Shown piece by piece: positions 1 through 12,920 of a stretch of DNA of 64,000 nucleotides. Position 1 is the stretch's first letter. Every line of letters starts with the position of its first letter. Source of the stretch: Cyanophora paradoxa CCMP329 (Eukaryota; Plantae; Glaucophyta); contig QPMI01000056.1 of assembly GCA_004431415.1 (NCBI GenBank), forward strand, positions 248,001 through 312,000, written 5' to 3'. A program made the translations under genes and the position numbers. The notes below the pieces were generated by a model. That model made no database searches and was not told the origin of the DNA. It saw only the letters and a list, made by a program, of their open reading frames with translations.

Positions 1-527
1 GGCCGCGCCCGTGCCCGCACGCACCGGCAGCGGCCGCCTTGGTCCCAGTCTCGTAGCCCTCCCAGTGCGTGCGCCCGGGCTCGTTCAGGTGCACGTGGCT
101 GCGCGGCGTGAGCGAGCGCGGGGGCGCCGCAGCTTCCGGGCGGGCGGCGGCGCGCATGTCAACGAGGCCGGGGCCGATGACGAGGTCATCGAAGTCGCGC
201 ATGAGGCAGTGCTTCCAAGGCGCCAGCTCCTCGCGCTTCACCACCGCCCGGATCGTCCCGTTCGAGACCACGACTGCAGCGCGCAATCGGCCCGCCGCGG
301 GGCGCAGCGGCGGCGCGCGCGGCGCACCCGCGGCATCCTCGACGCCTCCAGGGGTCACCACGCGCGTGCTGATGTACACCACGCACGTCTGCTTGGGCGG
401 GCCGACCTGCGGGGGCGTCAGTCGCCGCGAATCAGGCTGGCGACGCCGGGCGGCTGAACCGGCGCACCCGAAAGAGCGCCGCGATAGATAAAGCGACGAG
501 GAGCGCGAGGAGCGCGCCCTTGTTCAT
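1..527 (-). CDS. ALN: Allantoinase (cyclic amidohydrolase family), 5' exons only; gene runs off the window
   Basis: Manual splicing on the minus strand from ATG 527 gives MNKGALLALLVALSIAALFR|VGPPKQTCVVYISTRVVTPGGVEDAA|VVVSNGTIRAVV...DLVIGPGLVD|HVHLNEPGRTHWEGYETGTKAAAAG. PGLVDxHVHxNEPGRxxWEG is the allantoinase metal-binding signature. The N-terminus is hydrophobic and signal-like. Confidence 0.88.
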
Positions 528-619
528 CGCCGCGGGCGCGGTCGGCGCGAGGGCGCCGCTTGGGGGGTACAGGCGCGGGTCGGTCGAAGGAGCGACAAGC
601 GACCGGCGCAGGCCCAGCG

Positions 620-3600
620 ATGCTTCTCTCCGCGGCGGCTCTTCGGCCGCCGCGCCATGTTTCGAGGGTCGCGCTCTCGCGGGTCCTCGGCGGCGCAAGG
701 ACCGTCGTCTCCGGCATTTACAAGGACAGCGAGAGGTGCGGACGCCCCTAGCGGTCCACAGAACCCCGCAGAAGCGCTGTCGGCGGCCGGCGCGCCCCGC
801 CACGTGACCCGCGCCGTTCTGGATGGCCCGTCGGTCGGATGTCATTACGGCAGCGGCTGACCGCCGGGCCCTCGAACAGGTCCAAGAGGTTCACGGAATG
901 GCAGATCCGCGAGGTGAGACGCCCCGCACGGGCCCCCGCCGCCCCGGTGTTCCGCACGCGGCCGCTGAATGTTCTGACCCGCCGCAGGTCGCCCGCGCGT
1001 ACAAGCCCCCGAGCAAGAACACGGTGAGCCGCATTAGCCGCGCACCGCCGGCGTTCGCCGCCGCCTCCGCCGCGGAATCCAATTGTCCGCCCGCCCGCCC
1101 GCCCGCCGGCAGGTCGACCTCGGCGATCCGGAGTGGGAGTACAGCGAGTTCGTGGGCGCTGCGGCGCAGAACGCGCTCGTTCTCTCCGCGTACGCCCGCC
1201 TGGTGAGCTCCCCGCCGACCCGGCCCGGCCCCGCCCGCTCCGCCCGCTCCGCCCGCCCCGCCCGCTCCACCCGCCGCTGAGCCCAGCACTCCCTCCCGCC
1301 CGCAGCACAACAAGGAGCGGTTCCCGTCGAGCTTCAGCGTCTTCCTCTCCGGCCCGCCGGGCTCCGAGCTCCTACAGGAGAGCCTCTGCGCAGGCACGGC
1401 CGCCCGCCTGGTCCGTTCGCTGCGCCGGCGCCGGCGCCCGCCCGCCCGCCCGCCCGCCCCGCACTGCCTAAACGACGTACCCAGGGCGCGGGATTCCTCC
1501 CCCTCGACCTGCGGTCCCTGCTGCACACGCCGCCCTCGGACTCGGGCGAGTCGGTCTCGACCGTCGAAGGCTCCGAGCTGCTCCAGCAGCTCATCTCCAG
1601 CGGGAAGCGGTGCGCCAAGCTAATCTAACCTAATCTTATCTTAAGCTTAAGCCTTCTGATCTCTGAGCTCCAAGCTATCTCATCTTCAAGCTTCAAACTG
1701 TCTAATTTTTAGGCTCGAAGCTAAGCTTGGCCCGTCTTTTGAGCCTCTCCGACTCCTCTCTTTGCAGGGGCGGCGGCGGCGGCGGCGGCGGCGGCGGAGA
1801 GGACCGCTCCGCCCTCGCCCAGGCCAACATGTCCCTGTTTCAGGTACCCCCCCGCTCCATCCCCCTCCCCTTCCCCGTACCCCCCGGCCGAGCCCTTTGT
1901 TCGCAGCTGTGCGGGCACGCGAAGGGGAACATCGAAGCGGGGAGCAGGTCCGTTAGGCTCCACCCCCCCCCCCCTTTCTAAGACGTAGTACCCCCCTCGC
2001 TTTCCGGGGCGGCCGGGCTAGAGGGGGCTACACGCCGCCCGCCTCCGCGCCTCTTCGCCGCCGTGCTAAACTCGCTGCCTCAGCGATGCGTGGGGACTAG
2101 ACTAGACCGATGCGCCCCCCGCCGCCCCGCTGCCTCGACTAGGCGCGCTAGACTCGCTGCCCGATGCGCCCACCGCCGCGCTAGACTCGCTGCCTCGACT
2201 AGGCGCGCCGCTGCCGCCAGGGCAGCGGCCCAGACCGGCGCTGCGCTGCGATGCGCCCCCCGCCGCCCCGCTCACCAGGCTCTGCATCACACTCTAGCCT
2301 GGCCTGGCCTAGACTAGACTCTGGCTGCCTCAGCGACACCTGGGTTCTAGATGCCGCCCCTGCCTTCCTCCCCCCGCCGGGTGACTCGTGCTGCCTCAGC
2401 CCCCTTCCTTGCGGCTCTTGCGACCCGCCCCACCCCGCCCCTTTCCCCCCCCCCCCCCCCCCCCCCCGCTCCCCGCTCACATGAGCCTCGCCCGAGCAGG
2501 CCCTGTATCGTCTTCTTGAAGAACGGGCCGGGGAGCCCCGCCGCCATGGAGAAGCTCCTGCAGGTCGGCATCCTCCTACTTTGACGAACTAACACGACGC
2601 GATTCATAGAAGAATAAAGACATGGGGGGCTCCTGCAGATCCGCCTAGCCTAGCTAATGGCTCCTAGCCTAGCGCTCGTCTACGAAGCGATGAGATCGTC
2701 CAGTATTCGAGTCTCAAGCAACACTAACAACTAACAACTAACAAGTTACATTGACAACTTAACTAAGCAACATTAACAACCAACAAGTTAGTTCTTCACT
2801 TTAAACTTCGCTCGCAGGACGTGGAGAAGTCGATGGGTTCCCTCAAGAGCCCGACCCTCGTCGTCGGCTCCCAGGTGCTCAGATCCGATCTGACCTGATT
2901 TGATCTGACCTGATCTGAATGATCCGATTTGATTTGATCTGATCCGGGTGCAGGCGATCCGGCCGCCCTCGGGCCGCTCAGGCCGCGGCATGGCGGGACT
3001 GCCCCGCCTCGTCTTCAGCGTACCCGGGGCCCGCCCGGACGCCGAGCAGGTGCCTCAGAATCCACCATAGAACCCCGCGGGACTCTCCTGTTCTCTCTCT
3101 GAAGATTCTTATCGCTCGCGATTCTCATCCTCTTCTCCTCTATAATACTCTCGATCCTCTATAATACTCTCTATAGTACTATTCTCTTAAGACTCTTATG
3201 TTCCTTCTCTTATTCATTCTTATTCTCGCAGGCGGAGGCGGACCGGGCGGCGGCGGGGCCGGCGGAGCGCCCGCTCCACGTGCACATCACGGGCCCCATG
3301 GAAGGCAGGCCCCGGCCCCGCCCCTGCCCCTGCCTCACTAGACCGAGTCCAGGACTAAGACTAAGTCCAAGACTAAGATTAAGACGAAGTCTCCCTGCCA
3401 ATATAAGACCATCATACACACACACGCCCCTGCAATGCGTTGCCGTCTGCGCGGAGGTGGCCTGAACCAGCTGACTGACTAGCTAACTCCGTCCCCCTCC
3501 CTCTTTCTCGAATACTAACCCCGCCTCCCTCTCCCTCGGCAGGCTCGGCAGCGGAGCGGTGGGGGGAGCGGCTGGAGGCGGACGGGGCGCGGCACGTCGC

Positions 3601-6600
3601 CGCGACCAACGTCGCCCTCGTCCTCCGGTGCCCCCTCTTACATCTTAGATCTTAGAGGATCTCTTGGAGATCTTAGAGGATCTTATCTTAGAGGATCTTA
3701 GAGGCATAGCTCTAAGAGAATCCTCCGTTGCGGCCTCTTAGAGAGGATCTTAGGTAGCTTTTGGAGCTTAGGTGGCTTAGATTTTAGATAACTTTAAATC
3801 GTGCTATATGGATATCCAGCTTTTAGAGAATCGCCGCGACCAACCCCCACGCCGCCCTCGTCCTCCGGTGCGGCTGGGCCCCCTTCTGGGGTCGATCTTA
3901 GACGTGACGATGACTGATCCTAGAGAGTCTCCTTATCGGATCCCCTCCCCCCCCTTCCCTTCCACCCCTTCCCCTCCCCTCCTCCCCCCTTCTCCTCCCC
4001 CCCTCCTCCTCCGCCCCCTTCCCCCCCCCCTCCTCCCCAAGTGCCGCGCTGCGCCCACTTCCCTTGCGTCTGCCTCACGCTGCGGGCGGGCCTGCAGGGA
4101 GATGTTCCTCATGGGCGTCGACGCCAGCGCCGGCGAGGCCGCCCCCGCCGCCCTCCTCCAGGTGAGCGAGAGAGAGAGAATCTGTAGAAGAAGCTTTAAA
4201 GGCTTTACGAAGATCTATCATAGAATCGATATAGGCTTTATGAGAATCTATCTTAGAGCTTGGGGGAGGGCGGCCCGCCCTCTCCTCATCTTTTCCGTCG
4301 CGCGCGCGCTCGCTCGCTGACGCACGCGGCCTTGCGCAGGGCGACGCGGAGCCGGGGCCCCTCTCCAAGCGGGTCCGCACCCGCCCCCTTCCCCCCTCCT
4401 CCCCCTCGCCCCCCTCCACTCCGCCCCCTCCCCTCCGCCCCCGCGGGGCGAGCCGCTCCGAGCCGCGCCGAGCCGAGCCGACCGCCTGCCGCCCCGGCCC
4501 GCCCCGCCCCGCTCAGATGCCGGCGAACGCCTCCTTAAAAGCCTTCATAGACTCTACCATAGATTCTCATAGACGCTTTATAGATTCTATAGATTATAGA
4601 CCGACCCTTTATAGATTCATTCTATAGATTATAGATCATAGATTATTTAGATTCCATGGACCTTTCATAGATTCTACGATAGGTACGATAGATGCGCTTC
4701 ACCTCCGCCCCCGGCGAGCCAAGCCGAGCCGAGCCGACCGCCTGCCGCCCCGCCCCGCCCCGCCCCGCGCAGATGCTGACGAACGCGGAGGCGCGCAAGA
4801 TCGCCATCTGGTGCCCCCGCCCGCCCCGCCCCGCCCCGCCCCGCCCCGCCCCGCGCGGAGCCGAGGTCGGCTAGGGGAGCCGACTATCATAGAATCTATA
4901 CCTATCATACCTATCATAGCGCCGCCCCGCCCCGCGTGGAGCCGAGGAGCAGCCGGGCCGGGCTAGTAGCCGGGCAGGGGAACAACCACGCCGGCCTCCC
5001 CCCCCCCCCCCCCCCCCCCCCCTCCCCCCGCCGACTAGCAGCCGGGCTAGCGAACGACGGACTTTTAACGAGAGCAAGCTAGTAGCTTAGAGCTAGAGAA
5101 CGACGCCGGCCTACAGGACCAGCAGCCGGACTAGAGAGCAACGACTCACCGCCTCGCTTCGCCTCGCCTCCGCCTCTGACGCCTCCGGGCAGGTCGGCGA
5201 GCCGGGAGCTCCTCTCGACGCACCTCTCGTCCCTCGCCGTCGCGCCGCCGGCCAACGGCGGCGCCCTCCTCCCCCGCGGCATCACCCTCACAGTCCGCGC
5301 CTTTCTTAGCCTCAGAAGGCTTCAGACACATACACCTCGAAGACTTAGAGAACTTGGACACATAGCCCCCCCCCCCCCCCCCTTCCCTTCTGACGCTGCG
5401 CCGTACCCCTCCCCGCAGGTCGGGGGCCAGCAAGTCACCGTCGAGCCGGCCGTCATCGCCCCCCGCGGTCCGCCCCCCCCCCACGCCCGCACCCGGTACC
5501 CCCCTACCCTCTCTCCGCCCCGCTCACGTCCGTTATTCTTCCTTAGACGCGGCGCCCAAGCTGCACGTGGGCCCTCAGGTGCCGCCCCGCCTCCGCCGCG
5601 CCCTCCGCCACGCCCTCATCTGAGCCCGCTCCGGCCCCCGCCCCCCCCCCCCCCCCCCCCCCTTCCCCCCTCCGCAGTCGATCGCGGGGGCGGTGGAGGT
5701 CTCCACGGCCACCGAGGCCCCCGCACCGCCTGAGTCGTGCGCCCCTGCGTTCCACTGCGCCCCAAGAGAATCTATTAAAGAGCACTGGCCTTGTGAGAAT
5801 CCATTATAGCACTCATGAAAGAAATCTACCATCCATATCATAGCCTAATGAGGGCCGCCCGGCCCGCCTGACTCTCTCCCCGCCCTCTCGGCAGGGACGG
5901 CGGGGCGGGCGGGGACGAGGCGGGCCCGCTGCGCGGCATGTTCGGGGACCGCAACTACGAGGCCGAGCTCCTCCAGAACGTCGTATCCCCCAAGGCGCGC
6001 CCCGAGCCCGCCCGTACCCCCCCCCCTTGGGATAACGTTTAAGGAGTCTTGAGAGTTTAAGTGATAACGTTAAAGTGATAACGTATATTGTTTATTGTTG
6101 GGCGCGTGCCCGCGCCCCCGTACCCCCCCAGAAACCCCCTTGGGAGGTCTAGACCTAGCCTTCCTTCCCCCCCTCCTTAGAGAGAGCCTTGGGAGGTCTA
6201 GGCCTAGTGACAGTCGTGTCCGACAAGGCGCGCGCGCGCCCGTACCCACCCTTTAGAGACCGCCTTCGGAGGTCTAGACCTAGTGACGGACCTAGATCCA
6301 CGCCGTGTCCCCAAGGCGCGCGCGCGCGCGCGGGCGAGCGACCGTACCCCCCTCGGAGCTACCTCGTCCAGCCCGCTCGCTCGCCCCTAGCCCACGTCGC
6401 CCCCTCTCCACCCTGACCCTTAGAGAGCTAGCTCGTCCGGCGCGCCTCCAGTCCTAGCCTTTCTTCCCCCCCCTCTCCACCCTCTCCACTCTGACCCCTT
6501 AGAGAGCTAGCCCGTCCAGCCCGCTCGCCCCCAGCCCGCGTCGTCCCCCCCCTCCACCCTGACCCCCCCCCCCCCCCCCCCCGCAGGACATCGACGTGCG

Positions 6601-9600
6601 GTTCGCGGACGTCGGCGCCCTCGAGGACTGCAAGCGCGCCCTCTACGAGTGCGCCGTACCCCCCGGTCCCCCGCCCCGGGCCCTCCGTGCACACGTCAAG
6701 GGGTCTCGAACCTAGATCTTTTAATCTACCTATCTAGCTTAGTGTCTCGTAAGGAAGCGCGCCCCCTGTAAGGGGGCGCGAACCTGCCGGTGACCTCCCC
6801 CTCCCCTTCTCCGCGCAGGCTGGTGATCCTGCCGCTGCGCTTCCCGAAGCTCTTCTCGCGGGGCAACCTCCGCAAGTCAACGAAGGGCGTCCTCCTCTTC
6901 GGGTCCGCATCTGCTGTGCAATTCTATCCTAGAATCTTAAGGAATCATAGAATCTTAAGGCTTAAGGCTATAATTCTATCTTAGAATCTCTTATGGAAGC
7001 GCGGAATCTACCATAGTAAGAAAACATCAATCATAGAATCGTCAGGGCGCGCCGCCCGCCCCGCCCCGCCCCGCCTTGACCTCTGGCTCCCCCCCCCCCC
7101 CCCCCCCCCCCCCCGCAGGCCGCCGGGGACGGGGAAGAGCATGCTGGCGAAGGCGGTCGCCTCCGAGGCCCGCGCCACCTTCATCGACGTGCGCACGCCC
7201 GCTCCCGCTCCCCGCCCGTGGGCGAGCTAGATTAGAAATCTAGATTCCCCCCTAGATTCCTGTCCACAGGGGATCTCGCACGCCTGCGAGGGGCCCGGAT
7301 CCCCTGCCGCCCCCCCGCCGCGGCCGAAGCGGGGTGGTTCTAGGAGCCCTGGACTCCTAGACTGCCCTACCCTCCTGCGGCGCTTACTGCCCTACCCCTA
7401 GACTGCCCTACCCCTAGACTGTCCTAGACTGCCCTAGACTCTTAAACACCACCTCGCACGCCTGTAAGGGGCCCCGATGGATCCCCCCGCCCTCCCGCCG
7501 CGGCCGGCTGACGCGCCGTCGGGCTGGCTCAGGTGAGCGCGTCGACGCTGACCTCCAAGTGGTTCGGCGACTCTGAGAAGCTCAGGTGAGTTGCGGCCCG
7601 AGCGCCTCCTCCCTCTCCCGCCGCGCCGGGCAGCTGCTGTTGTTCAGAGCGGCGCGCCGTTCTAGAGCCCAGACCTTAGACCCTAGGCGCTGACGGCGGG
7701 GCCCCCCCTCCCCCCCGGCAGCGCTACGCTGTTCAGCGTGGCGCGCCGTTCTAGACCCTAGACCTGGCGCCCTAGAGCCGGCCCCTGGAGCCTATCTCAC
7801 TAACTCGCTCTCGCCCTCGCACCGAGCACCGCGGCGCTGTTCAGCTTGGCGCGCCGTTCTAGGGCACTCCCTCCCTTTCCCAAGCCAGACCCTGCTCTGA
7901 AGCCAGCGAACTGACTCGCCCCGGGCAGCGCGGCGCTGTTCAGCGTGGCGCGGAAGAAGCAGCCGGCGGTCATCTTCCTCGACGAGGTCGACGCCCTCCT
8001 CGGCCACCGCGGTCCGCCCCGCCGCTGCCCCCGCCCCCTGCTGCCCTCGCCCCCCGCCCCCGCCCCACTGCTAGACGCCCCGGGGGCAGGTCTCCTCTTC
8101 CCCCGCCCCCGCCCCGGGGCTCCTCTTCTTTCTTTCTAGAAGGACGGCCGCCGCGCGACCTCTTCCCGTCCCTTGGAAACCCTAGAGACTTAGGTCCGTC
8201 CCTTCGATAGATAATAGTCGCGACTGGGCAACGTCGCCAGAGACCCTGGCCCCGCCCCGCCCCGCCCTTCCCTTTCCTGTGGCCCAGCCCTCCCCCCTCT
8301 TTCTAGCTTCCGGACCGGACCACCGATTCCTCCCCCCCGCGGTCCGCGCCCCGCCCCGGCCCGCCCCGCCCCGCCCCGCCCTGGCCCGGCCGAGCTCCTC
8401 CGGCCAAGTCGGCCACGCCCCGCCCCGCTCTTACCTTCGCGCTTCTCCTCGCTTCCCGCACCGCCACCCCTTTCCCGGCCGGCCCCTTCGCGCCCGCTCT
8501 TCCCTTCGCGCTTCCCCCCTTTCCCGGCCGGCCCCTCACGCCCCGGGCCGCAGGGATGGGCGAGCACGAGGCGACGCGCCGCCTCAAGAACGAGGCGCGC
8601 CCCCCCGCTCCCGCCCCCTTCTTCTTCTCTTCTTCGTCGTCTGACGGGAGCGCGCGCCTCCGCCGGGAGCAGTTCATGAGCAACTGGGACGGGCTGAAGA
8701 GCTCCGAGTCGGACCGCGTCATCGTCCTCGCTGCCACCAACCGGTCCGCCCAGAACCCCTTTCCCATCCTAGCAGACATGTAGATTTTTTATAAGATAAA
8801 CAAGCACAACCACCCTAGCTATGGATCCCCAGCTATATTCCCCGGCCCCCTCTGACACCCCCGGACCCCCCCGGCAGGCCGTTCGACCTGGACGAGGCGG
8901 TGCTGCGGCGCATGCCGAAGCGGCTCCTCGTCGACGTCCCCGACGCCCAGGCCCGCCTCCGCATCCTCAAGGTACGAGGGGAGGGGTACAGGTTGCCTTT
9001 GGACCCTAGGAGGGGGGCCTTAGGCCCTAGGCCAGGACCCTTAGGTCAGCAGGGTGGGGGTGGGGGCGAGCGGGGGAGGCGGCGGGCAGGCTGGGGTGGC
9101 TGGGGGAAGGGCTGCGGCTGCGATTGGGGCGCGGGCTCCTGCAAGCGGGCTCCTCGGCACTAGAGGTCGCTAGAAGCCGACGATCTCCGAGGGCTCGCCT
9201 GAGCCTCCTCGCCCCCCCCTCCCCCGCTTCTGACACCCCCCCCCCCCCCCCCCCCCCCCCCAGGTGCTGCTGGCGAACGAGGCGCTGGACGCGTCGCTCT
9301 CGCTGGAGGAGCTGGCCGCCAACACCGAGGGGTACACCGGCTCCGACCTCAAGAACCTCTGCATCCAGGCGCGCCGGGAGGAGGGGGGGCGGGGAGGAGG
9401 CGGGTACCGCTCTTTGGCGCCCGCCGGCTTTCTTCTGACGCTCGCCCCTCCCCCCCTCCCCTCTCTTTCTCGCACGCAGGCGGCGTACGCGCCGGTGCGG
9501 GAGCTCTTCGCGGCGGCCGCGCAGGCCAACGGCGCGGCGCCCGCCGCCCTCCGGGAAGACGGCACCCCGCCCAGGTTCCCCCCCCCCCCCCCCAGCCCCC

Positions 9601-9633
9601 AGCCCCCCCCAGCCCCCCAGCCCCCCCCCCCCA

Positions 9634-9664
<31 letters not shown>

Positions 9665-10988
9665 GCCTTCAGCCCCGTCCACGGGATGAGGGGAAAAGGA
9701 GAGGGAGAGGGGGCGTGGGGGACAGACACGGCCGCGTCCTAGCCTAGCTCCCCCCTCCTCCCCCTCCTCCGCCTCGCTCTCTCACTCGCGCGGGGTCGCA
9801 GGGCCCGGCGGACCACCTCGCCGGCCTCGGGCTGGAGGCCCTCGAGGCCGCCGCCGCCGCCGCCGAGGTGCCCCCTACCCCCGCCCCGCCCCCTCCCCCG
9901 CCCTATCCTCTGAGAAGGCGGGAGAGATCTATTCTAGTTTAGAGGTTGGGCCGGGTCTAGTCCTTGTGCCGAGTCCAGTCCTGCCCGCTCCGGCCGCCCC
10001 CGCCCGCCCGCCCCCGCCCTTCTTTCCGAGAAGACGGGGGATATTGTGCATGGGCCGGGTCTCGATTATATAGTTATTCCCAATTGTAGAGCTTTCTGGT
10101 CTAGTCCCGCCCGCCCGCCCGCCCGCCCGCCCGCCCCCTCTCTGGTCCGAGCTCTATCTATGACGGGGCGTGCCCCAGTCCTGCCCTTCGAATTCGGCCC
10201 CGCTCCGCCCCGACTGAGCCTGGCGCCGGGCAGGCGGACATCGACGGGCGGCAGCTGCGGTCCCTCGTCCTCGAGGACTTCATCACCGCCAAGGTCCAGG
10301 TCCGCTCGCATTGCAGTACCCCCCTGTCGCTTCTTCCCCCCTAGACTAGGGGACTAGACTAGACTAGGTCCGCTCGCATTGCAGTACCCCCGCTCAGGCT
10401 TGGCTGGGGGGCTCGATGAGGCCTGGAGACGGGGCGGGGCTGCTGGCCTAAGAGGATCCCCCTGTCGCTTCTTCCCCCCTAGACTAGGGGACTAGATAAG
10501 GGGACCAGACTACCTTCCTTTCGGGCTTTTCGGGTTCTGTAGATGTGAACTCCATCGCGATGAGGCCTGGAGATGCCGGGGGCTTCTTAGAGGATCTCCG
10601 CATAGTTCCGCCCATTTAGGCTGAGGGATATCGATGGGGCGGCCGAATGCCGGGGGCTTCCGAGCGGTGGCCCTGGCGACCGCCGCGCCCGCCCGATTAG
10701 ATTAGCTTCGCGATTTAGATTATATCAGATTATAATAAGATCTAGAGGTTCGAGGGAGTCCGGCCCTGTTGACTCCGGCCCCGCGCCCGCCCGCCCCGCG
10801 CAGGTCTGCCCGTCGGTCAGCGAGGACAGCGCGACCGTCCAGGCGCGCACGCATACCCCCCTCCGTCCCTGCCCCGCGTACCCCCCCCCTCCGTCTCACC
10901 CCCCCGGTAGGAGCTGCGGCGGTGGAACCGGGAGTACGGCGAGTCGGGTTCGCGGCGCGGCCGCCAAAAGATCGGGTTCGCGCAGTGA
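620..10988 (+). CDS. Multi-exon AAA+ ATPase, MSP1/ATAD1/spastin clade, with a degenerate N-terminal AAA-like region and a possible mitochondrial presequence
   Basis: Spliced exons give GVLLFG|PPGTGKSMLAKAVASEA (Walker A, ~6886-7170), SKWFGDSEKL, VIFLDEVDALLG (Walker B, ~7970), FMSNWDGL...VIVLAATNR|PFDLDEAVLRR (SRH), EGYTGSDLKNLC and a last exon ELRRWNREYGESGSRRGRQKIGFAQ* (10911-10988). Upstream is FLSGPPGSELLQESL, resembling plant ATAD1-like proteins. The N-terminus MLLSAAALRPPRHVSRVALSRV is Arg/Ser/Ala-rich. Middle exon boundaries are approximate. Confidence 0.9.
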
Positions 10989-11577
10989 GAAGAACCCGGG
11001 CCCGCCGCTCCGCCGCTGTAGCCAGCGCCCCATGGCCACTGCATCCGATACGTAGCGTCTGTCACATCGAATCCGAATTCGAAGTGACGTTCATGGCACG
11101 TCCTCAGGGCCGCGCGCGGCCACACTGCGCGGCAAAGGGAGACAGGATGGTATAGCGTAAGGGGGCCGAACACGAATCCATGACCACAGCCTTGAAGTAA
11201 CCGCTCGCGATCGAAGGGGGCATGACACCACCGATCGCGAGCCCGAATTCAAAAATTAAAATGAAATTTCTCAATTTCAGTGCAATATGCCAACCCTACC
11301 GGTACTGGGAGTCCCGAGACCGGTACTACTACGGTACCGGACGTAGTACGACGTACTATTTGGAGAGTCGGATCGAGTACTCGTCACGGCTTTTTTTGGT
11401 ACCACTTAAGAGTCACTGATAAAGAGAGTCGATTCGCGACGCGCGAGTCTCGCGACCGTCGCGATCGATCGAACCCCAATTCTTTTTTTAATCCTTTTTT
11501 TACGTTTTTTCTATCTGCGCCGGTAATCTGCGAATCCCGATTCCCGATTCCCGACTGCGATCTGCGCCGGTTGTCCG

Positions 11578-11829
11578 GCGTTTTTGGACCCGGACGGGCC
11601 GGACCCCCAGTACGGTTAATTATGCGCTCCCGAATTAATGCGTTTTGAAGCCTTCTGGCAGCGTGAGGGGGGTACATGCCGCAGTTTTCTTAGCGCCGGC
11701 TTAGCGCTTCGATATTAATGCGCCCCCTAATTGATGCGTTTAAAATTTTGTCAGCGAAAAACGCATTATTTCGGGACCGCATTACTTAAGTGCCCGGCAC
11801 TGCCCGCATTACTTCAGTGTTTTACGGTA
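11578..11829. mobile_element. Truncated copy of the MITE family at 61093-61340
   Basis: Colinear similarity with 61130-61340 (gcgtttttggacccggac...aattaatgcgttttgaagc...ggggggtacat...ccgcagttttcttagcg...cattacttaagt), ending in ...ttacggTA. The left TIR is missing. Confidence 0.75.
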
Positions 11830-12439
11830 GAGTCCGACGGTCAGGCTCAGCTGCAGCCTGGCAGGCTCCGAGGCTCTCAGGAGTGTCATGATCAGTACCA
11901 TCCGGCCCGGGTCCCGGACTCCCGGTCCGACTCCCGGTCCCCGGAGTCCCGGTCCTCCCGGATCGTACGTCCGACGGTTGACTGGTACTCCCGGAGTCCC
12001 GGTCCGACGGTCCGGTCCGACGGTCCCCCCGCGGCCGAGCGGCGGGCCGAGCCCGACTCCCGACTCCGATCCCGGTCGCGATCGAGAGTCTCCTAGCTTA
12101 TATAGGACTCCCAGGACTCCCCCATGGGCCAAGAGTCGACGTCTCTTTGCAGTAGTACCGTAGTACCGTATACCGTAGACTCCGTATAGCTATAGGTAGT
12201 ACCGGTACGTAGACGTATACGCACGTACGTATACCGGGGTATACCGGACCATATTACCGGTACGTCCCGGAGTCCTACGTATAATCACCCAATTTCCAAT
12301 TTGCAAGTTGCAAGAGCCAATTGCAATTGCAAGTCCCCGCGGCCGAGTCTAGATCTCGAGTCCGGCCCGGCGGGGATCGATCATCGATATATATATCGGA
12401 TGATTCGGATTCCAATCGCGATCGCGCTAGCGCTGTCAC

Positions 12440-12699
12440 TACCGTGTAATACTTAATTACCGCGCTGACATAACTACTGCGCTACCATATAGCTGCGCTC
12501 AAAAATTTTTAGAACGCAGTAGTTTGGTAGCGCAGTATTAGTACTGTATTACCCCCTTTGCTAACAAATAACATGTTTTCGAGGCCATTATTACTGGAAG
12601 TCTGGAACGCAGTAATTTGGTAGCGCAGTAAAGCGCTAACCGGCGTAGAAGTTTTAGAACGCAGTAATTTGTGGCGCAGTAAACAAGTGTTACACGGTA
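12440..12699. mobile_element. Non-autonomous MITE (Tc1/mariner-pogo-like, TA target)
   Basis: TA-ccgtgtaatactt ... aagtgttacacgg-TA terminal inverted repeats (1 mismatch). Internal gcgcagtaa/actgcgc repeats. No ORF. Confidence 0.75.
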
Positions 12700-12920
12700 G
12701 CCTGTCAGGCTGTCAGCTAGCGCTGCGCAACTTGGCAAGTTTGCAACTCCCGAGTCCCGACTCTCCGAGTACTACGGTACGCGCAGCCAAACTTGAAAAC
12801 TCTAGTCTTGAATCAGATCTAGAAGAGAGCCGGATCAATATCTAGTTTCACGGCGGCGGTACATGTACAAGTACGTATACCGTAGTACTACGGTAACGAA
12901 TTCGAATATCGGATCATCGG

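Noticed and set aside
1600-5900. Many GC-rich ORFs and CTAG/TAG-rich low-complexity repeats
   Set aside because: Intronic sequence of the AAA ATPase gene with poly-C tracts; not independent genes.
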